Source: Camelus dromedarius (lineage: Eukaryota). From it: a stretch of DNA of 64,000 nucleotides. Numbering within the stretch: the stretch's first letter is position 1; every line of letters starts with the position of its first letter. The notes below the pieces were generated by a model. The model had not been told where the DNA came from and searched no databases. It saw only the letters and a list, made by a program, of their open reading frames with translations. Location of the stretch: positions 29,388,001-29,452,000 of the forward strand of contig NC_087440.1 in NCBI RefSeq assembly GCF_036321535.1, in the 5' to 3' direction. Both the position numbers and the translations under genes were made by a program. This document shows, piece by piece, positions 47,056-59,793 of this stretch.

Positions 47056-47990
47056 TGTACAACATACATCTGATAAAGGACTTGTATGCACAATATATGA
47101 AGAATTCTTACAACTCAATATTAAGAGGACAAAGCACCTGAATAAAACTGTGTAAAAGATTTGGACACAATCTTTACCAGAGAAGACGTATGAAAAAGGT
47201 CATGCCTTGAAAAAAAGACTCAGTGTCATTAGTTATTAGGGAAATGTAAGTTTAAATGAAAACGCAATACCATGTTACACATGCTAGCAGGGCTAAAATT
47301 TAAAATTTAAAACTGAATGTGGAGATTACTTGAAATTCTCACACATTGTTGGTGGGAAGGCAAAAATGGTATAACTACTTTGGAAAACGATTTATCAGAT
47401 TCTTTTAAAGTTAAAAATAACACCGTAATCCCCAGCAAGTCTATTTACCAAGAGGAAAAATATTTGCCTAAGTCCACTCAAAGGTGTGTACATAATTTTT
47501 CATAGCAGCTTTATTCATAATAGTAAAAATTTGTAAACAGCTCAAATGCCCATCAAATGATGCATTGGTAAACAAATTGTGAAATATTCTACCATTGAAC
47601 ACTACTCAGCAATAAAATGGAATGAACTACCACTGCACACAACAAATTGGATGAATTTCAAAAGCAATATGCGGAATGAAGACAGATCAAAAGACAACAT
47701 ACTATAGGATTAAACTTATATGAAATTCTAAAAGAGGTAAAACGAGAGAGAGCGAGCAAGCAGACCATTTATTTCTTGGGACTAGAGGTGGAAGGAGGGT
47801 GTTGGTTGCAAAAGAGCATAAGGGAGTTTTTTAGGGTGGAGGATGAAGATACTCTATTTCTTGATTATGGTAGTGTTTACAAGACTATACATTTTTCAAA
47901 ACTCAATGAACTCATTAATTTAAAATAGGCAAATTTTATTGTATACATGTTATACCTCAATAAAACTAATTTTTTAAAGACAAAAAAGTT
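47056..47990 (+). mobile_element. L1MB/MC-like 3' end
   Basis: acatacatctgataaaggacttgtat...gaattcttacaactcaata, through to tatacctcaataaaac followed by an A-rich tail. Confidence 0.85.
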
Positions 47991-48189
47991 TTAATTTTAT
48001 TCTTGATATCTCAACCCTATTATATCCCTCCACCTGGAGATATCTCTAAGTACATAAAGATGCCCCTCCTTAGGGTTGTATCATTTCACTCCCCTACTGG
48101 CATAACCTCACCACAGTATCGGCTTATGGTAGGTTTTCAAGCTGTTAGATTTTGCTGTCTGATAGAAATGATTTTACCCTATGCTAATT

Positions 48190-49640
48190 GATAAACAATT
48201 TCTCAATTTAATTTTTCTTATTAGAGTTTGAGCATCTTTTATGTAGTTAGCCATTTGCACAGCTTTTCCCGTTGCTCTGTAGGATTGCTGATCTTTTTAT
48301 TCTCTATTTTAGTAGCTTTTTATGTATTAACATATCATTGCTTTGTCTTAAAAGGTTGCAGATATTGTTTCTAGGTATTCATTTGTGTGTCAGCTATGCT
48401 TTTGTGTCTCTGCCATGAGCACTTACTTATGTAATCAAAATTTGTAATGTTCCCTTATTAATTCTGGATTTTAAGGTATAGTTAGGAATGATTTCCTCTC
48501 CCAGATCATAAAGAAATTCAATTTTTACATCTAAATATCCATCCCATTTTGAACAGTTACAGGTAAGGTATGAAGAATGAATACAGGTCTACCTGTTTCC
48601 AGGTGGCTATCCTGTTATCTCAAAACCACTTGTTGAAAAGTGCCTATTCTCCCACTCATTTTAGGAACTTCATTTATGATACACTTCACTTCCATATGCA
48701 ATTTAGTCTATTTTTAGGTTTTCCGTTTTGTTTCTTTCAATTCTTTGTATATTAATTCATCAATGTCACCTAGTTTTACTTATGTCCTCTTTATAGTATG
48801 TTTTCATGCCTTTTGTAACTCTCAATAATCTTCTGTAATCCTCTTCCATTGCTCTACTTTTTAAAATGTTTCCCTGACTCTTCCTGCATTTTTGCATATC
48901 CTTTTTCCAGAAGAATTTTGTCATCAGTTTATCTAGATCAAAGAGGACTGGTATTATTTGTATCTAGATTGCATTGAATTTACAAATTAACTTAAGGAGA
49001 ACTGACATCTTTATGATGTTGTGATTTCTAATTCAAGAACATGGTTCAAGTTTTTCCATTTGTTCAAGTCTGTATTTGTGTCTTATAGGAGAGCTTTATG
49101 CTTTTCTTCACATAGGCTTTGGACATCTCCTTTAAATGTGTGGATTCTTTTTGTTGGTCCTTTTCACTTGCCTTTCATTTATATATAAAAATACTATTGA
49201 CTTTTTCATGTTAATTTTATAAATGGCTATTTTACTATTTTTTTTTTTGTGGTGTCTTTTCCATTAAATCTTTTGGGTTCTAATATACAGTAAAATCATC
49301 TGTAAAAATATACAGTCTTACTTTTTTTGTTTTTGTCTTTATTTTAACTTTTTGTGGGGGTGTTAATTAGATTTATTTATTTTTTAGAGGAGGTGCTGGG
49401 AATTGAACCCAGGACCCCATGCACTCCAAGCACATACTGTACAACTTGACCTATATCCTCCCCCAACAGTTTTACTTTTTTCTTCCCAATTTTTAAGTGT
49501 CTAATATACCATTCTTTCAGGTAATTGCATTGGTTAATACCTCCCACATAATGTAAGATAATGAGAAAGTACTTTCCTAAAATGTTTTGAAGTTCATTCT
49601 GAGAAACACACCTGCAAAAAATCTTAATAATATCATATCC
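48190..49640 (-). mobile_element. Old antisense L1 fragments, interrupted by a SINE
   Basis: tttgagcatcttttatgtagttagccatttg...ggaatgatttcctctcccagatcataaaga...gattgcattgaatttacaaattaacttaaggagaactgacatcttt. Confidence 0.75.
49327..49464 (-). mobile_element. Vic-1-type SINE
   Basis: gaggtgctgggaattgaacccaggacc...ctatatcctccccc. TSD acagtcttac (49312-49321) / acagttttac (49466-49475). Confidence 0.85.
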
Positions 49641-51688
49641 CAATATCACAGAGAACTCTTTTTGGTGAACATTATAATCTTAAAACAACTGTAAGATGTA
49701 CAGATATTTTCGTTAATACTATTACTTACTGAATAAATTTTTCTCCAAACGGAAGCACAGGCTCATTCTCATATATTATTGGAGGAACTGAGATAACATT
49801 TGCAGCCCCCAAGTCAAATAACAGATCCCATTTGTCTTATCTTTGCTGTGATCCAAGATAAAGGTGATTTCTTACATCTCTCTCATCCCATCATATGCAT
49901 GCCATGTACATAAAGCACTTAAGAATAATCATACCATTTTGTGATCCATCTTTAACTCTGGCCAAACCAACTTGGATGTTTTAATAGCTCCCACTGGAAC
50001 TTGAACATTTGTTTATTCCCCAAACAGCAGCTGGTCTTTTTCATGCCATGTAATTTATTGAGTCAATTCATATCAATACAGATGTTATTAATACAAAGGT
50101 CTCAGAGATTTTGAGCCTTCTTTACCTATAAATTAGACAGAGGGTTGATCTGACGTCACTCTGGAGCAATTGTCACTGCCTTCAGGTACTAGTTGAGTAT
50201 TAGAATATCAATATGTGAGTGGAAAGGATCCTAAAGTTGCCTAGATCAACCCATTCGTGTTACATGTGAGGAATCAAAGGTACCAGTTGATGCAGCAAAT
50301 TATCCAATCTCATACATCTAAGACAAGATTTGAATCCACATTTTCTGAATCCCAGGTCACCGCTATTTCTGCTACACCAGTTTAAGGGAGAGCTGGGCTG
50401 ATACCCATTTAATTTTAGGTATGTGGGTACAGAAACAAATTTAAAAGTTTCTGCCATGGGAAAATCATAAGAATAGTGTGGAGTTAAAGGGCAAAAAACA
50501 TGGGAACAAAAAGTCAGAGTGTGGGTAATTGCATGTATAAATTGGTTTAGTCTAGGAACAATTCATTTAGAATGTATATTTACTGTGATAAGAAAGGGAA
50601 AGGAAGGAAAAAAGAAAAGCTTGGTTTAGTGGCAAGATGAAAGGGGTTCATCATGCATTTTAAGGGCACATCTTTTCAACTGGCTTTCAGTGCACTTTGT
50701 AAAGTCTGCTCAGATCTCAATAAGAGTTTCCCTCAACAGTCTAGTTTTAATGTTGACATGTTATATTACATAACTTCTCCTAGGTTCTCCATTACTATCC
50801 TCTGTCTCTACATAAACCCATCTCCTACCTGTTTAAAGTGAACTCTGGAAGCAGGAAGAGTTTTCTCTTTCAGACTGTTTTGGTGAAAGTCTATAAAACA
50901 CAGCAGTTAAAAAATGTCTGACTTTAGGCAGCATGGTATTTAACAAAGTCTATTTAAAATACATGGAAATGTGTGAAACCGTCAGGCTTTAACTGCATCA
51001 TTTTCACTAGCCTTTGAAAATGTATGGCCTTGGTGGCATAGACAGGGTCATTCATGTCTGTGTGACTGAAATGAAGAACTAAGAATAAGAGGCTACTTCA
51101 TTTTTACTCTGAACAATCTCCATTAGAAAACTGAGACAGATTATGTTTCTCTATTCCTGTTTCCCTCATGTTGTGTTCCTTTATCCTTCCCACTACGAGA
51201 AACCATTGCCCACAATCCTTTGCACCATTGTGTTCCCACTAATAATCAATCGTGATTCTCAAACATTGTTCATCCAGTCTTTCCCTGTCATCATGATGTT
51301 TTGACAAAGGTTCCCATTCCCTCCACCTTCAAAACTTGTTAGCAGCTGGTTATGAAAATTTTTAGGTTTTTTTTACAAACTGAGGAGTAAATATTCAAAG
51401 AGCTGAATTTTTTATTTATTTTGTGAAGATTTGCACCTTTCTTGTAAGCAGATTGCTAGGTTATATGAATTAATCTTGAGTTGAATCAGTTAAGACATCT
51501 GGAAAGGCCGTGGGGGAAATACTTGATAACCATGAGCAGGAGAGTGACACAGCAGGGAACTATCTAGTGGTGGGCAACCACTACATTGTTTTATGCAAAA
51601 AAAAAAACCTCACTTTGTGTTGATCACTGTATTTTTCCTATTTCTCCTCCATTTGGAAATGTCAGAGTCCTTCTCAAAATCAGAGTGA

Positions 51689-52636
51689 ATGGCCTGGAAT
51701 AATCAGTCAGTCATAACTGAATTCATCCTACGGGGTCTCTCCAGTTCTTGGAAACTCCAGGTCTTCAATTTCCTGTTTTTCTCTGGAGTCCATGCAGCCA
51801 CTGTACTGGGGAACCTCTTCATTGTTCTCACCATCGTGTCAGAGCCACACCTTCACTCCCCCATGTACTTCCTGCTGGGCAATCTCTCCTGCATTGACAT
51901 GTCTCTGGCCTCCTTTGCCACCCCCAAAATGATTGCAGATTTCTTCAGTGAGCACAAAGCCATCTCATTTGAAGGCTGCATCACCCAAATATTCTTCCTA
52001 CATCTCTTAGGGGTTGCTGAGATTGTGCTGCTGATATCCATGTCTTTTGATAGGTACGTGGCTATATGTAAGCCTCTACGTTATTTAACCATCATGAGCC
52101 GGAGAACGTGTGTGGGGCTTGTGACTCTTTCCTGGATGGTCGGCATCTTCCACACTATGAGTCAGTTAGCATTCACTGTGAATCTGCCCTTCTGTGGACC
52201 CAACGAAGTGGACAGTTTCTTTTATGATCTCCCCTTGGTGATTAAACTCGCCTGCATAGACACATACATTCTGGGAGTGTTCATGATCCCAACCAGTGGC
52301 ATGATTGCCCTGGTGTGCTTCCTCCTCTTGGTGATCTCCTACATATTCATCCTGGTTACCGTGAGGCAGCGTTCCTCTGGTGGGTCCTCCAAAGCCCTCT
52401 CCACATGCAGTGCCCACTTCACTGCTGTGACTCTTTTCTTTGGCCCATGCATTTTCATCTGTGTGTGGCCTTTCACAAATTTTCCAATAGACAGAGTGCT
52501 CTTGGTATTTTATACCATTTTCACTCCCCTCTTGAATCCAGTAATCTATACTCTCAGAAATAAAGACGTCAAGGATTCCATGAGAAAACTTAGCAGCCAT
52601 GTCTTTAAGTCTAGGAAGACTGCTCATACCCCTTGA
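51689..52636 (+). CDS. OR4K3: Olfactory receptor OR4K3 orthologue, open ORF of 315 aa, function doubtful (C179Y)
   Basis: MAWNNQSVITEFILRGLSSS...RQRSSGGSSKALSTCSAHF...MRKLSSHVFKSRKTAHTP matches human OR4K3 as recalled. It lies opposite in orientation to OR4K2. Probable acceptor at 51664-51665. Confidence 0.88.
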   Translation: MAWNNQSVITEFILRGLSSSWKLQVFNFLFFSGVHAATVLGNLFIVLTIVSEPHLHSPMYFLLGNLSCIDMSLASFATPKMIADFFSEHKAISFEGCITQIFFLHLLGVAEIVLLISMSFDRYVAICKPLRYLTIMSRRTCVGLVTLSWMVGIFHTMSQLAFTVNLPFCGPNEVDSFFYDLPLVIKLACIDTYILGVFMIPTSGMIALVCFLLLVISYIFILVTVRQRSSGGSSKALSTCSAHFTAVTLFFGPCIFICVWPFTNFPIDRVLLVFYTIFTPLLNPVIYTLRNKDVKDSMRKLSSHVFKSRKTAHTP

Positions 52637-53715
52637 TTTCCTCGTACAAAAATGAGCATTTATCCCCCTCACTCAGGGGGTCGATAAAGTGATTCTTCTG
52701 CAAGAAATCACTAGTTCATGGCAGAACTATTTCTGTAATCAGGCTCAGCAGTCACTGAGTTTCAGTTATAATAAGAGTTCCTCACACAATATAATATTTA
52801 TTATGGAGCATTATCAAACCTATACTCAAAATTTTACCTCACAAGGACTCGCTTTTTAGAATGTTCAGTTCTTGTCAGATGTAAGCATTTATTTTAGTAT
52901 TGAGTATTCATATGCTTTAAGAGGAGATTTCCCGTCAGTCTCTTATGATCGTCTCTAAGTAAAGGGCAAGTGTGAAAGTACCAATACCAGTTCACTGAAG
53001 TAACAATGGAATTTTTTATTGCTGACAAAGGTGCTGATGAATCCATTATTTTAGTTCAAAAGTCAAAAAAATGGAGGGTTCCTCATAAGTGAAAATATTT
53101 CCTATTTAATATTTTTGTGACCTGTCTTTAGTAAGAATAAGAATAAATTAATTATTTATTTCAGTCCCTAAGTTTCTTAGAGTGGGTTTCACAAGTTTAA
53201 AACAGTATAGTAAATTCCAGGAAAATTCCTAAAGTCTGATCCATATAGAAATAGTCTAGATTCTAGAGTCATATACAACAAATCCCATCCACATTCCCAT
53301 TCTGCAGAAGATGAAACTGTGATCCAAGGACACAGTAGTTTTTTCAAGGTCATGCTTTTTCGAGGCAGAATCTAGATCATTCACCTACAAACATGGATAT
53401 TTGTTTATTTTCTAAACAGTAACAAGTTATTTTGGTGCCGTGACGTTTACTGCATCATTTTTGTAATCAAAAGCTGTATTGTAAATACTACGGTTCTAAG
53501 AGAGCTGAACCATTTTCCCCTTGGTTAAACACAGCATCTGACTTAAGGAATCCATGAAACAGTGGCCTTTTGACATAGTTTCTATAGCTAATAACCAGAG
53601 TTTTTCAGACATAGAAATCATCCAGTAGTATCTATTCATTTTACTGATGATGAAATTGAATTGACTTTCCAAATTTTATATACCCGTGAAAGAGTCTAGC
53701 CAAGAAGGAGCCTGC

Positions 53716-53721
<6 letters not shown>

Positions 53722-53748
<27 letters not shown>
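53722..53748. repeat. (CT)n microsatellite, about 13 units
   Basis: Directly visible. Confidence 0.95.
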
Positions 53749-53752
<4 letters not shown>

Positions 53753-55209
53753 GGACAATGGCTAAACTATCTTCAGGAGCATTTTGGTCATTGTCATTCT
53801 GAGAGCTATACATAAGAGAAATATTTAATGCATTAAAGTGAACTCTTATAACCATTATTAATTATTGAATTATTCAATTACCCAGTTGCCTGACATTGTC
53901 CAAGTTTGCATAATACAATATATAATATTGTATAGTTTGGGTTTAAAGACAGATGTATATATCAATGATTGATGGATAAATAGATTGTAAAGAGTTGAAT
54001 ATAAAGATAAATCAATTATTAGGTGAATGGATGGGCAAACAGATGGATATGAATGGTGGGTGGGTGGATGTTTAGCAAGATGGAGACAGGTAGATAGATA
54101 TAATCAGGAAGAAATGAATATACAGTTTAATATATTGACTCAGGTCTCTGTGTCTGTATATTGAATCTGTACAAGTTAAGTTATTGAATTTGGTAGAGTT
54201 GAAAAGATATACTCTTAAATATGCTTCTTGTGATGAAGTATAGCCAATTCAATTTATGAATATGTTTAATGTCACTGGGGAGATCTACTAATGAATTAGG
54301 TTGGTGAAAATATAATTTTAAAAAGCATTTATAAATGACTCTATGAATATTATAAATCTGCCCTTTCATCTTCTCAACCCTGTTAGTGAGACCAAGTCTG
54401 CAAATTGGATATTCATATTTCATTCTGCTCATTAGCATATGGTTGGCTGATCAGAGTATGGAATGCTGCATTATTTTTTTCTATGTCAGGCTATGAATTT
54501 TGTTCTCCAGTTTAGCATCCTAACATACACACTGCTAGAATGATAGCCAAATAAACGTCATAGGTTTCATTACATGAAAATTCACATGTGCTGTAAAAGG
54601 CTCCAAGCATCAGAAATGCAACATGGAAAGTTAATCTCAAAGTCAAAATTGATATAGTTGGAATAAGCACCAACCAAAGAAATTTTGAATAAAGGACTAT
54701 GCCAATCTCCACTTTAAGCCCTTCAGTGATGTGGTCTTCTCTCTCCCTGCCTCATATTCTCTACTGACAGTTATTGGAGCATGATCCTTAGTGTTTCATT
54801 CCCATTGCCTCTCATAGGGAAGAAGCCTAACACTGAGTCCCAACAGTTCATTGTAAAAGATAAACCTAGCAAACAATTTCAGAGAATACTGAACCTAATT
54901 TCATAAACCTATGTCTTCACCTCCAAGAGTTGTTAGCATAATTAAAACTGTCTGGAATGTGGTTCTATAAAGTCATTTAATTTTTTTCTTATTTAATGAA
55001 TTAGATTTCTGTTCGCTATGTACCTCCATCCAGCTTAAACTGTTTCACAAGTTGGTCTCTAATTATAGTCTAATAAATAAAACCAAGAGTAAATGTATTT
55101 AAAGATGTAAAAATACTTAATATTGTTCAAAAAATTAACATACACAGAAAATAAAATGGAGATTTGTCTCAGATTGGATGAACTTCAAGCAGTGAGCCTT
55201 CAGCACCAA

Positions 55210-55445
55210 ACTGGTTTCCTGATCTCAAATCTCAGATTCAGCACTACCTCAGAACTTTTCTCTGACTCTGCAGGCACATTTGGACATGCCTTTTCCTAGT
55301 CCCTGTAGTACCATGTACAAACTTGCATCATGGCAGTTAAAACACTGCATCTCAATCACCTGTCTTTTTATAGATACAATCTCTTCAGGGACAGGGATTA
55401 TGTCTTATTTCTGTTTCCAAAGGACAGAGCACAGTCCTTGATACA
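55210..55445 (+). mobile_element. L2 3' fragment
   Basis: tacaatctcttcagggacagggattatgtcttatttctgtttccaaaggacagagcacagtccttgatacat. Confidence 0.65.
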
Positions 55446-56279
55446 TCGAAAGGGCTGGAAAACATTTTTAAAATTTTCTTTACTGAGAGATATTAAGGTG
55501 TTACCTTTTTGACAATATGATAATGTCATCTCTTCTCCAAAGACTGATGCTGAACCACTTCCTCAAAAAGACAATCCTATCTTTCTACAATTAAAGGTAC
55601 ATTTGGAAAAATTAACAGAGCTCTCAATGTACAGTGAAATGCAAATGACTACGAGCAGGCTTCTCCTGGAAGGCAGTCAAAAGAATGAGAATCAGGACAC
55701 AGAAGAAGAGAGACATTAAAAAAGAAGTAGAAATATAACGGATTTTTTTTAATACTCCTATTTGGCTTAAATTCTCATATAGGAATAGTCTGCTGGAATA
55801 TCAGTGTTCCTGGTGATTTAATAAATGCTATGTTTGTTGAGAGTGAGCCATCAAATTTGGTGGCAAAGTCGATTACGTCAAAGTAGGAGTTAGAACAGGA
55901 ACAAAAGTTATAGGCATGGTGATGAAGAAGCCGTATTATACATTTTAAGATCTTTATTAAGCATCCCTAACTGCTGGAGTAATACACATGAATGGAGTGG
56001 GCTGGTGAAAGACAAGACAGAGAGAAGAGCTCTCTAGTACTAGCCTGATCTGAAAACTCAGCTACAGCTTAGAATTCTGGCCCAGTGGTAGATGGTTTAC
56101 GTTTTTGTTTTTTTCTTTTGTTTTGTTTTCAAGAAAATCCATTAAGCTGTTTTCTTGTGAAATGTCCCACTATCTAACTTTATTATTTATTTTGATTTAT
56201 AAACCTTTAAGAGAAGACAAGACATGCTGGGCATGCCAGCAGTTGCAGCTTGCAGCCTGTTGGCTTGCAAACTGCTTAA

Positions 56280-56400
56280 AGAATCATGAGAAAACTAGGT
56301 TAAGAGGTTAATCCACTTGCCCCAAACTGTAAGCCTAGTTAAGTGGTATAGAGCTGAATTTGGGTCAGGCAATCTGGCTTCAGTGATGGTACTCACAATT
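56280..56400 (-). mobile_element. MIR
   Basis: gagaaaactaggttaagaggttaatccacttgcccca...agctgaatttgggtcaggcaatctggcttcag. Confidence 0.7.
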
Positions 56401-57329
56401 CCCACTCCAGGAGTTTCTAGTTGTGTGTGCATGTGTGTGGAGTGTGCGGTGTGTGCAGTTATATTGAAATGTAGTCATCAAGATGTGCTATGAGGACACA
56501 GTTTGGGGTTTAACTGATTCCGCAGGAATGAGCTCCACCACCAAAATTGCCCAAGTAGAGCTGGGCACATTTATCCTACAGCTTCAGGGACATCTTAGCC
56601 CGATGAAGTGTCTGACTTGATGCTATAATTTTATGGTTCCAATGTTAACAATTTCCTGAACAGTACCATGTTGCTACATAAACAATTCTCCTATATTTTC
56701 ATAAATTTTATGAAATGTATTTCATTAAAAATAGGAAACTTTTTTCCTATAGTTGATACATGTAATTATGTGTTATATGTAAAGTGACTACATAATTATC
56801 ACCATTCATTTCCCAGTTAATATTTTTAATAAGTTCAGGTATATAAGAATATAAAGCATTTCACTACTAATTTTGAATGGGTAAGAGTTCAAAAGAGATA
56901 AACATGTGAATAATATTTTATCACTGTTTAATCATGCACATTTTATTTAAAAATAGTAATACAACAGGATACTGACCTATTGAACATTGTACACATATTG
57001 TTTTCCCCCTTTCATGAAATCTTGGAATATATTTCAACTGAAAATGATTAAGAAACCCCCAAAATATAATACTTCTTTTGAAAAACACCGGTATAAATGG
57101 ACAACTTTATCTACAAAACTGCACCAAAGATTAATTATTGGCACATATCCAATATTTTACTATTAAGTTAATATTAGGTAAATGGACACATCTTATTAGA
57201 GTATTTAAACCATGCCCCTAAGTTCCAGTAAGCACATCTATTTCCATTCCAGTAACTCTGAAATTTTATACATGTTTAACATAATGGCAACAATAACAAT
57301 ATTATTAGTATTCATTACACCCTGTATAA

Positions 57330-57520
57330 ATGCCAACCACTGCTAGTAATGTTATTTGTGTTTTGGTGTAATTTTCACAACATCCCTAGTGGTTAAATAC
57401 TATATCCACATTTTATGGTGAAGAAACTGGGTCTTAGAAACATCAAAAATACTTGCTCAAGGTTGCACAGTGAGAAAGTGGCGGGACAGGAATTCAACCT
57501 ACAGCAGACAGAGCCTATCT
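57330..57520 (-). mobile_element. MIR
   Basis: tccacattttatggtgaagaaactgggtcttagaaacatcaaaaatacttgctcaaggttgcacagtgagaaagtggcgggacaggaattcaacc. Confidence 0.75.
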
Positions 57521-57529
57521 CATTGCTAG

Positions 57530-57640
57530 ATAAACATCCCTCAAAGACAGAGAAACAGACCTTGTACTTTAATGGATCTCCAGCACCCAGCAAGGGCCTT
57601 AAACAGAGTAGGTGCTCAATGAATAATTACTGAATTAAAG
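57530..57640 (+). mobile_element. L2 3' end
   Basis: tctccagcacccagcaagggccttaaacagagtaggtgctcaatgaataattactgaatt. Confidence 0.7.
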
Positions 57641-59793
57641 ATTAAAATTTTAGATGTGAGGTTTAGATTTAAAAATAAAGGTGATAATTTTTGCTAAAAA
57701 ATGGATATGAGGCAAAAATCCAATTCAACCTTAACTTTTTTTCATTTGTCTGACTTCAAAGCAAAAAGGAAGAGTTTATGATTTGGTTGAAAATTAACAG
57801 AATTCCAAATTAAAAATGTAGTTTTATACCTAGCCCCAACACTACATTTCTTCATAAACTTCTGCACATTACTTAACTTCAGATATTAAGTATTTGGCTT
57901 GGAGATCATTTGTGTTAAAGCATGCTGAGACCATAAAAGTCCAAGATAAATGTAAGAAACTATTAATGTCATTGCTTTCTTTGCAAGGTGGGGGCTTGTG
58001 TTTTTCTCATAGTACTCACAAACTGTCATAATCCATGATGACAGTTTCCTGAACCTTTTTCATATACTTCAGTCAATTCAAGGAGATACAGCCTATCAGC
58101 ATATTGTTATTCATAGAAATCTTAAAGTATTAGGTAATCTAACTGAGATTTCCCAAATTTGCCCCTTCTTTTTAGCAATGAAAATTTGTATCCTTCAAAT
58201 ACAAACTACTTAAAAAGAAGATGCATTTTAGGCAGACGTCTACATGGGTGGGAAAGGAAAAGGAAATGACATTTTTAGAATCCATTCTGTCTACTTTCCA
58301 TAAAATAGCCACAACAAACAATCAGTTTACTTTCATTATCTTCATATTATTGATTAAAAAGGGATAGAGAGGGTAAAGTGAATCTCCCAGGAGAGCACAA
58401 CTAGACAATGACAGATCCAGGATTCCAATGTTCTACATATGTTTAGAGCAATGATCTTTGCCCCTTACAGTGATTCAGCCTTGAACTAGGTTAATGAATT
58501 CTTTTGGTTCTTCAGCTGTCAGGGAAATCAACCAGCTGATTTTCAAAGACTTTCTTGTAATAAAAAATATACTTAACATAATCAGTAAAAACCAAATTAG
58601 GGAGAATTATGTAATATATTTCTTAAATTATCATCATCTTTTCTTCACACAGGCTACATTATAGTGTATATTCATATACTCACACTAAGACTAATAATAT
58701 TTTGGGATAATTTATTTGGAAATAAAAAATTTATCATGAATTTAATAGTTAATAACTTTCCAAATATTTAGTCTTGGTATAATTAATGAAGTCAGCAAAT
58801 CTATGATATTCAGCCAGGTTTTGAAAGCTAATCAGATTTGAGTAGTTTAATTTCTATGTTTTAAAGTTTACAAATTACCATTTGATTAATTATTTGCTAT
58901 ATCAATTATCAAGTGTGATAGTGATTAACACACTTATTAAGAACAGGGTTTTATTAAATCTCCCATCCCCTGAACAGTTCTCTTTTGTTCAAAGTTGACT
59001 CAGAACTTCAACAACTGGACCCACTGAACCAATATTGTTCAACAACATTCAAAAGAATCTCTTCACAATCTCAATTTTCCATGAAGATATTCCAGTGCTA
59101 TGAAAACACCTGTTATGCCCAATGCTCTTAATTTGAGTTCTACAAGTGGACACGAAGTGGACACAAAATGTCCTTGAAATGAATTGAGTCTCTAAGATCT
59201 CCATGTGAAACAAATAAACAAAGGGTTATCTGTAATGTAATTTGTACCTGTTTTTTAATGAGTGAATTTGTACTAAAATTTTTTTCCATTTATAAATACA
59301 TAAAAAGGGAACCAAAAGTTTTTTTGTCCTTTCCTTCACTAGTTTTCTTTAAAAGATAACAATAAGAGATATTGATTTACTAAAAAAAAGTACTATCAGA
59401 GTACCACAAGGCTGTGCAGCTGAGCTAGAATGTTCTGGGTTAGAAGATGAAAGAACAATGTTTTATTTCAGGCTTCTCTGAGTAGTTTTAATCAGATGTA
59501 TGTTTATAGAATTCAAGAGTCTATGAAGCCCTGAATTTATGTTCCCAATTTTGATGATATGTGAACTTTCCATAAAAATAACCTATAAATTTCAACAGAT
59601 TTTCAAATGGATCTGTAATTGCAAAAGGCTTGCAAACCCTGTGCTTTTAGACTAGATACTTCATATCTCTCAACCTCAGCTTCTTATTTTCATGAATTTA
59701 GACTAAATGACTTGAAAGACAGATTCTAACTTTAATTTTCTATGGTTCTAAGAATAAAACTGATGATATTAATCTCAGACAGGATATCTCTGC

